Below, in pieces: positions 28,355 to 32,000 of a DNA stretch of 32,000 bases. A program made the position numbers and the translations under genes. Positions within the stretch are counted from its first letter, which is position 1, and the number at the start of each line of letters is the position of its first letter. Under the pieces are notes generated by a model that ran no database searches, was not told the origin of the DNA, and was given only the letters and a program-made list of their open reading frames with translations. The stretch comes from Xenorhabdus doucetiae. Lineage in GTDB: Bacteria; Pseudomonadota; Gammaproteobacteria; Enterobacterales; Enterobacteriaceae. The stretch lies in contig NZ_FO704550.1 of assembly GCF_000968195.1 (NCBI RefSeq), forward strand, positions 3,428,760-3,460,759. Direction: 5' to 3'.

Positions 28355-28470
28355 AAAACAAATTCAATATTATCATCGCGAGAAAAACCCGCATAAAGAG
28401 CTGTCTCTTGGTCACATATTAGAGGTCAAGAGACAGGTATGTACCGAAATGAACCGTATCACGCAAAATT

Positions 28471-28755
28471 CTAATGTGCCGCCAGCGCCTTAAAAAAATC
28501 CGGGTCGTCTTGGATGATCGCCAACACCTTTGCCGCCAGCCCGGTCGGGTTTCGACGCTTTTGCTCCCAACTTTTAATTGTATCAAGACTCGTGCCCAGT
28601 GCGGACGCCATCTCTGCCTGTGAAATGTTAAGCTGTGCACGAATAGCTTTTACGTCAGCAACTTCGTAGCGAGTGACACGATCTGGTGATTTAGCACCAT
28701 TTTTTATGTCTACAGCTTCTTCGAGAGAAGCTTTCAATTCGTCAAAAAAAGTCAT
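28471..28755 (-). CDS. XRE-family HTH antitoxin (HigA-like)
   Basis: ...IRAQLNISQAEMASALGTSLDTIKSWEQKRRNPTGLAAKVL... is an XRE-type helix-turn-helix. The ATG at 28755 lies 1 nt after the toxin stop (TAA-T-ATG). The ORF track opens at 28767. Confidence 0.8.
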   Translation of the reverse strand: MTFFDELKASLEEAVDIKNGAKSPDRVTRYEVADVKAIRAQLNISQAEMASALGTSLDTIKSWEQKRRNPTGLAAKVLAIIQDDPDFFKALAAH

Positions 28756-28756
28756 A

Positions 28757-29095
28757 TTACACTTCACCTTTCAGTAACTTAGTCAGTTTTCTCAGTGCTA
28801 TTTTCTCGGCATCCGTTAAGTTATCTTTCGTATTTTTCGGATAAGCCATCACCAAATAGATAATATCTTCGGTCGCGAGAAAATAGATCACTCTGGCACT
28901 ACCGCTTTTCCCCTGTGAGCCTATCGCCATCCTGATTTTGCGCAGCCCACCTGTACCACGTATCAGATCGCCTTTATCCGGTGATTCAATAAGCTCCCGT
29001 TGCAGCTCTTTAAGCTCATCATCCGTGGCGATCTGTTTTATCTGCCGGGTGAACAGTGGGGTTTCAATAAACTCTATCGCATAACTCACTGGCAA
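28757..29095 (-). CDS. RelE/HigB-2-like type II toxin
   Basis: ...GDLIRGTGGLRKIRMAIGSQGKSGSARVIYFLATEDIIYLVMAYPKNTKDNLTDAEK... is the toxin signature (GGLRK.R....GKSGG.RVIYF). The toxin is encoded upstream of the antitoxin, which is the HigBA order. The likely start is the GTG at 29089, 7 nt after a GGAGG motif. Confidence 0.8.
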   Translation of the reverse strand: MPVSYAIEFIETPLFTRQIKQIATDDELKELQRELIESPDKGDLIRGTGGLRKIRMAIGSQGKSGSARVIYFLATEDIIYLVMAYPKNTKDNLTDAEKIALRKLTKLLKGEV

Positions 29096-29109
29096 ACCTC
29101 CCTTATAAC

Positions 29110-29126
29110 AGAGTACAATGTACTCT
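29110..29126. promoter_or_regulatory. Perfect palindrome agagtaca-a-tgtactct upstream of the toxin gene (candidate TA operator)
   Basis: It is an 8+8 bp perfect inverted repeat lying 15-21 bp upstream of the toxin start and is flanked by CATAAT- and TATAAG-like hexamers on the minus strand. Confidence 0.55.
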
Positions 29127-29250
29127 AATTATGATGAAATAACCAGCGCTCGTTAAAAATTAATGAAACACTCTTACGCGATATCTTTAAATTCCCACTA
29201 CCAACACATCGGATGTGTTTTTACCCTCGTTATCATCCATAATAAGAAAA

Positions 29251-29265
29251 TGAAAATAAATTCCA
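29251..29265. promoter_or_regulatory. Candidate IclR box upstream of iclR
   Basis: tgaaaataaattcca matches the E. coli IclR box consensus TGGAAATnATTTCCA, as I remember it, at 12 of 14 specified positions. It lies about 60 bp upstream of the iclR ATG. Confidence 0.4.
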
Positions 29266-29323
29266 TTTTGTGTCCATCGCAGCGACCGTTGCTGCAAATA
29301 AACGATTATTCAGAGGGCATCTT

Positions 29324-30154
29324 ATGAACACAGCCGTTGCCAGCAAACGCACAAAAAAAACGAAAATAACCGCTAACAGTGCCGCTGCAAGCGGTCAGGT
29401 TCAATCTTTAAGCCGAGGGTTGACACTTTTGGAATACATTTCCGATTCGCCTGTCGGCGTTGCCCTGACTGATCTGGCGATCCAATCCGGTCTGCCTAAC
29501 TCCACCACCCATCGTCTTTTGACAACCTTGCAACAACATGGTTTTGTTCGCCAAATAGGCGATTTAGGGTTATGGGTGATCGCTTCCCATGCTTTTGTCG
29601 TCGGCAGCAGTTTCTTACAAAGCCGTAATCTGATGGTGCTGGTTCATCCTATATTGCGCCAATTAATGGAAGATTCCGGTGAAACCGTCAACCTTGCCAT
29701 CCTTAATCTTGATGAATATGAAGCCGTGATTGTCGATCAAGTGCAATGCAATGCGCTGATGAGAATGTCCGCGCCCATTGGTGGCAAACTACCCATGCAC
29801 GCTTCCGGCGCGGGTAAGGCCCTGCTTGCTACGCTGTCTGAACAAAAACGCCTCCAATTGCTGCATAAAAAAGGCATGCACACTTATACCCAACACACGT
29901 GTACCACTGCCGCCGCATTAACAGACAATCTCGAACAGATCCGCAAGCAAGGTTTTTCATTTGATGATGAAGAACATGCGTTAGGATTACGCTGTATTGC
30001 TGCCTGTATCTATGATGAACATCATGAAGCCTTTGCCGCGATTTCTATTTCTGGCCCTGTATCACGCATCTCTGATGAACGTGTTACTGAACTTGGTGCT
30101 CTGGTTATGCGGGCGGCAAAAGCCATTAGCCGGGAATACGGTGGCATTAAGTAA
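29324..30154 (+). CDS. iclR: Glyoxylate-shunt repressor IclR
   Basis: ...[16 protein letters not shown]....[31 protein letters not shown]...SSFLQSRNL...[15 protein letters not shown]...[21 protein letters not shown]...[32 protein letters not shown] is very close to E. coli IclR. The ATG at 29324 has a GAGGG SD. The ORF track opens at 29270. Confidence 0.92.
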   Translation: MNTAVASKRTKKTKITANSAAASGQVQSLSRGLTLLEYISDSPVGVALTDLAIQSGLPNSTTHRLLTTLQQHGFVRQIGDLGLWVIASHAFVVGSSFLQSRNLMVLVHPILRQLMEDSGETVNLAILNLDEYEAVIVDQVQCNALMRMSAPIGGKLPMHASGAGKALLATLSEQKRLQLLHKKGMHTYTQHTCTTAAALTDNLEQIRKQGFSFDDEEHALGLRCIAACIYDEHHEAFAAISISGPVSRISDERVTELGALVMRAAKAISREYGGIK

Positions 30155-30242
30155 TTTTGTCCAAATGCCATCAGTCACATGCCATTGTGGTGTGCCGTCG
30201 GTCGAGTTGCTGGTGGGGTTCAATTTAATGGAGGAACGGTTA

Positions 30243-30899
30243 ATGAATCATTGGAAAACAACCGCAGAAAATATCCTGACTGATGGCCCGATCGTCCCTG
30301 TCATTGTGATCAATGAGATTGAACATGCGGTTCCTTTGGCAAAGGCACTGGTTGCCGGCGGAATTCGTGTCTTGGAAGTGACCTTAAGAACCGAATGTGC
30401 ACTGGAGGCCATTCGCCTTATCGCTAAAGACGTTCCTGAAGCAATCATCGGTGCAGGTACTGTTATTAATCCTGAACAATTGGCTGCGGTCACTGAAATG
30501 GGTGCCCAATTTGCCATGAGTCCGGGGTTGACGAATGAGTTGTTAAAAGCGGCAGCTAGCGGTTCCATTCCTCTTATTCCGGGGATTTCCACGACTTCTG
30601 AATTAATGTCAGGGATGAGTTACGGTTTGAACTGTTTCAAATTCTTCCCGGCAGAAGCAAATGGCGGTGTTAAGGCACTGAAAGCCATTGCCGGCCCATT
30701 CCCGCAAGTCCGTTTTTGCCCAACGGGGGGAATTTCTCCTGAAAACTATCGTGATTATCTGGCACTGAATAGTGTTCTGTGCGTGGGTGGCTCATGGTTA
30801 GTACCGAATGATGCGTTGAAAAAAGCAGATTATGCCCAGATTACGGAACTGGCACGTATTGCTATTTCAGCAACGACTATTGCAGCAACCAGAGCGTAA
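30243..30899 (+). CDS. eda: KHG/KDPG aldolase
   Basis: [23 protein letters not shown]...[26 protein letters not shown]...[43 protein letters not shown] matches E. coli Eda. A GGAGG motif lies 8 nt upstream of the ATG at 30243. Confidence 0.93.
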   Translation: MNHWKTTAENILTDGPIVPVIVINEIEHAVPLAKALVAGGIRVLEVTLRTECALEAIRLIAKDVPEAIIGAGTVINPEQLAAVTEMGAQFAMSPGLTNELLKAAASGSIPLIPGISTTSELMSGMSYGLNCFKFFPAEANGGVKALKAIAGPFPQVRFCPTGGISPENYRDYLALNSVLCVGGSWLVPNDALKKADYAQITELARIAISATTIAATRA

Positions 30900-30916
30900 T
30901 TGTTTTATCTAAACGC

Positions 30917-30953
30917 CAATGCGGAAATTGACTGTCAAAAAATTTTCGCATTG
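30917..30953 (+). terminator. 13-bp hairpin between convergent eda and aceK
   Basis: caatgcggaaatt and aattttcgcattg pair with one G.U on the plus-strand RNA (C.A on the minus strand). No clear U-tract follows, so a terminator function is uncertain. Confidence 0.35.
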
Positions 30954-30991
30954 ATAAAAATGATTCATGGCTTATCGAATATTTATCCAAA

Positions 30992-32000
30992 TCAATTTAT
31001 TTCACTACGCTGGCTAAATCGCTGTCTACTGCGATAAGCAAAAACATCTTCTACATATCCATTTTTGATACGCTCCTGCAATGCCCGCCAGTAGTCTGTT
31101 CGAAATAAATCACGGTGACTTTCTTCGAAATAACATCGAATACGTTTGTCAGTACATAAAAAATGCCGAAATTCTTCTGGGAAAACATCGTTAACAGCAA
31201 CACTGTACCAAGGTTCACCAGCCAACTCATCTTCTGGATAGCGGGGCGGAGGAATATCCCGGAAATTCACTTCGGTCATATAACAGATTTCATCATAATC
31301 GTAGAAAATCACCCTTCCGTGGCGCGTGACTCCGAAGTTTTTAAACAACATATCACCGGGAAAAATATTTGCAGCAGCCAGTTGCTTAATCGCATTTCCG
31401 TATTCTTCGATCACATCCTTCAATTGCGCCTCATTGACATGCTCCATATAAATATTTAGCGGCATCATTTTACGTTCCATATAAAGATGCTTTATCAAAA
31501 TCTTATCGCCCAAGTCTTCTAATTTTTCGGGGATCTCTTTTTGCAATTCTGCCATTAATTCAGGGCTGATATGGCGTTTAGCAATGACAAAGTTTTCAAA
31601 TTCCTGTGTATCAGCCATTCTTCCTACCCGATCATGCTCTTTTACCAAACGGTAACACGCCTGAACACGCTCTTCGGAAACCTCTTTCTGGGGCGCAAAT
31701 TTATCTTTAATCACTTTAAATACCCGATCAAATGAAGAGGAAGTAAAAACCAGCATCACCATACCTTTCACTCCCGGCGCAATCGTAAACTGTTCCTGAG
31801 TGGAATTAATGAATGTCAGATATTCACGATAATATTCGGTCTTACCATGCTTCTGACAGCCTATCGCCATGTATAACTCCGCCGTGGATTTCGTCGGAAG
31901 AATTTCACGCAACCACTCAACCAGAGCCGCAGGCAAAGGGGCGTAAACCATAAAATAGGAGCGGGCAAAACCAAAAACAATGCTGGCATCATCGTGGTTA
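30992..32000 (-). CDS. aceK: Isocitrate dehydrogenase kinase/phosphatase, C-terminal ~335 codons (5' end beyond the window)
   Basis: ...[24 protein letters not shown]...[20 protein letters not shown]...[15 protein letters not shown]...[51 protein letters not shown] is nearly identical to E. coli AceK. The frame stays open to position 32000. Confidence 0.95.
   Translation of the reverse strand, partial: NHDDASIVFGFARSYFMVYAPLPAALVEWLREILPTKSTAELYMAIGCQKHGKTEYYREYLTFINSTQEQFTIAPGVKGMVMLVFTSSSFDRVFKVIKDKFAPQKEVSEERVQACYRLVKEHDRVGRMADTQEFENFVIAKRHISPELMAELQKEIPEKLEDLGDKILIKHLYMERKMMPLNIYMEHVNEAQLKDVIEEYGNAIKQLAAANIFPGDMLFKNFGVTRHGRVIFYDYDEICYMTEVNFRDIPPPRYPEDELAGEPWYSVAVNDVFPEEFRHFLCTDKRIRCYFEESHRDLFRTDYWRALQERIKNGYVEDVFAYRSRQRFSQRSEIN

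Overview
The window has two parts. Positions ~101..15252 are a ~15.1 kb integrated phage satellite. Positions 15253..32000 are conserved enterobacterial-type core chromosome.

**Satellite.** It sits in the dnaB-qor divergent intergenic region and is bounded by a 21-bp direct repeat with one mismatch. All genes but one are on the minus strand:
- P4-type tyrosine integrase and an AlpA-like regulator.
- A small divergently transcribed ribbon-helix-helix (RHH) gene on the plus strand.
- A P4-alpha-type primase-helicase, followed by an array of TGT(A/T)CACC iterons that probably form the origin.
- A complete HK97-type head and packaging module: major capsid, prohead protease, portal, adaptor, connector, HNH, TerS (P27 family) and TerL.
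- No tail, lysis or cI-type genes.

This is the architecture of a capsid-forming PICI. Both TerL and the primase-helicase are split by +1-type frame disruptions, so the element is either decaying or the assembly has indel errors.

**Most interesting locus.** Between the origin and the capsid gene lies an AT-rich, self-terminated, translationally coupled three-gene cassette (7417..9471). It encodes an Hcp/TssD-like protein with an unassigned C-terminal extension, a 304-aa protein of unknown function, and a 136-aa membrane-anchored protein. It reads as an orphan Hcp-effector-immunity module or an undescribed anti-phage or helper-interference system.

**Core genes.** In order: qor, dusA, a membrane-anchored DUF1266-like protein, zur, lexA (two SOS boxes), dgkA, plsB, ubiA, ubiC, pgi, lysC, a higBA-like toxin-antitoxin pair, iclR, eda and aceK (partial). 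No rRNA, tRNA or CRISPR was found. All protein-family calls rest on reading the translated ORFs against remembered family signatures; no searches were run.
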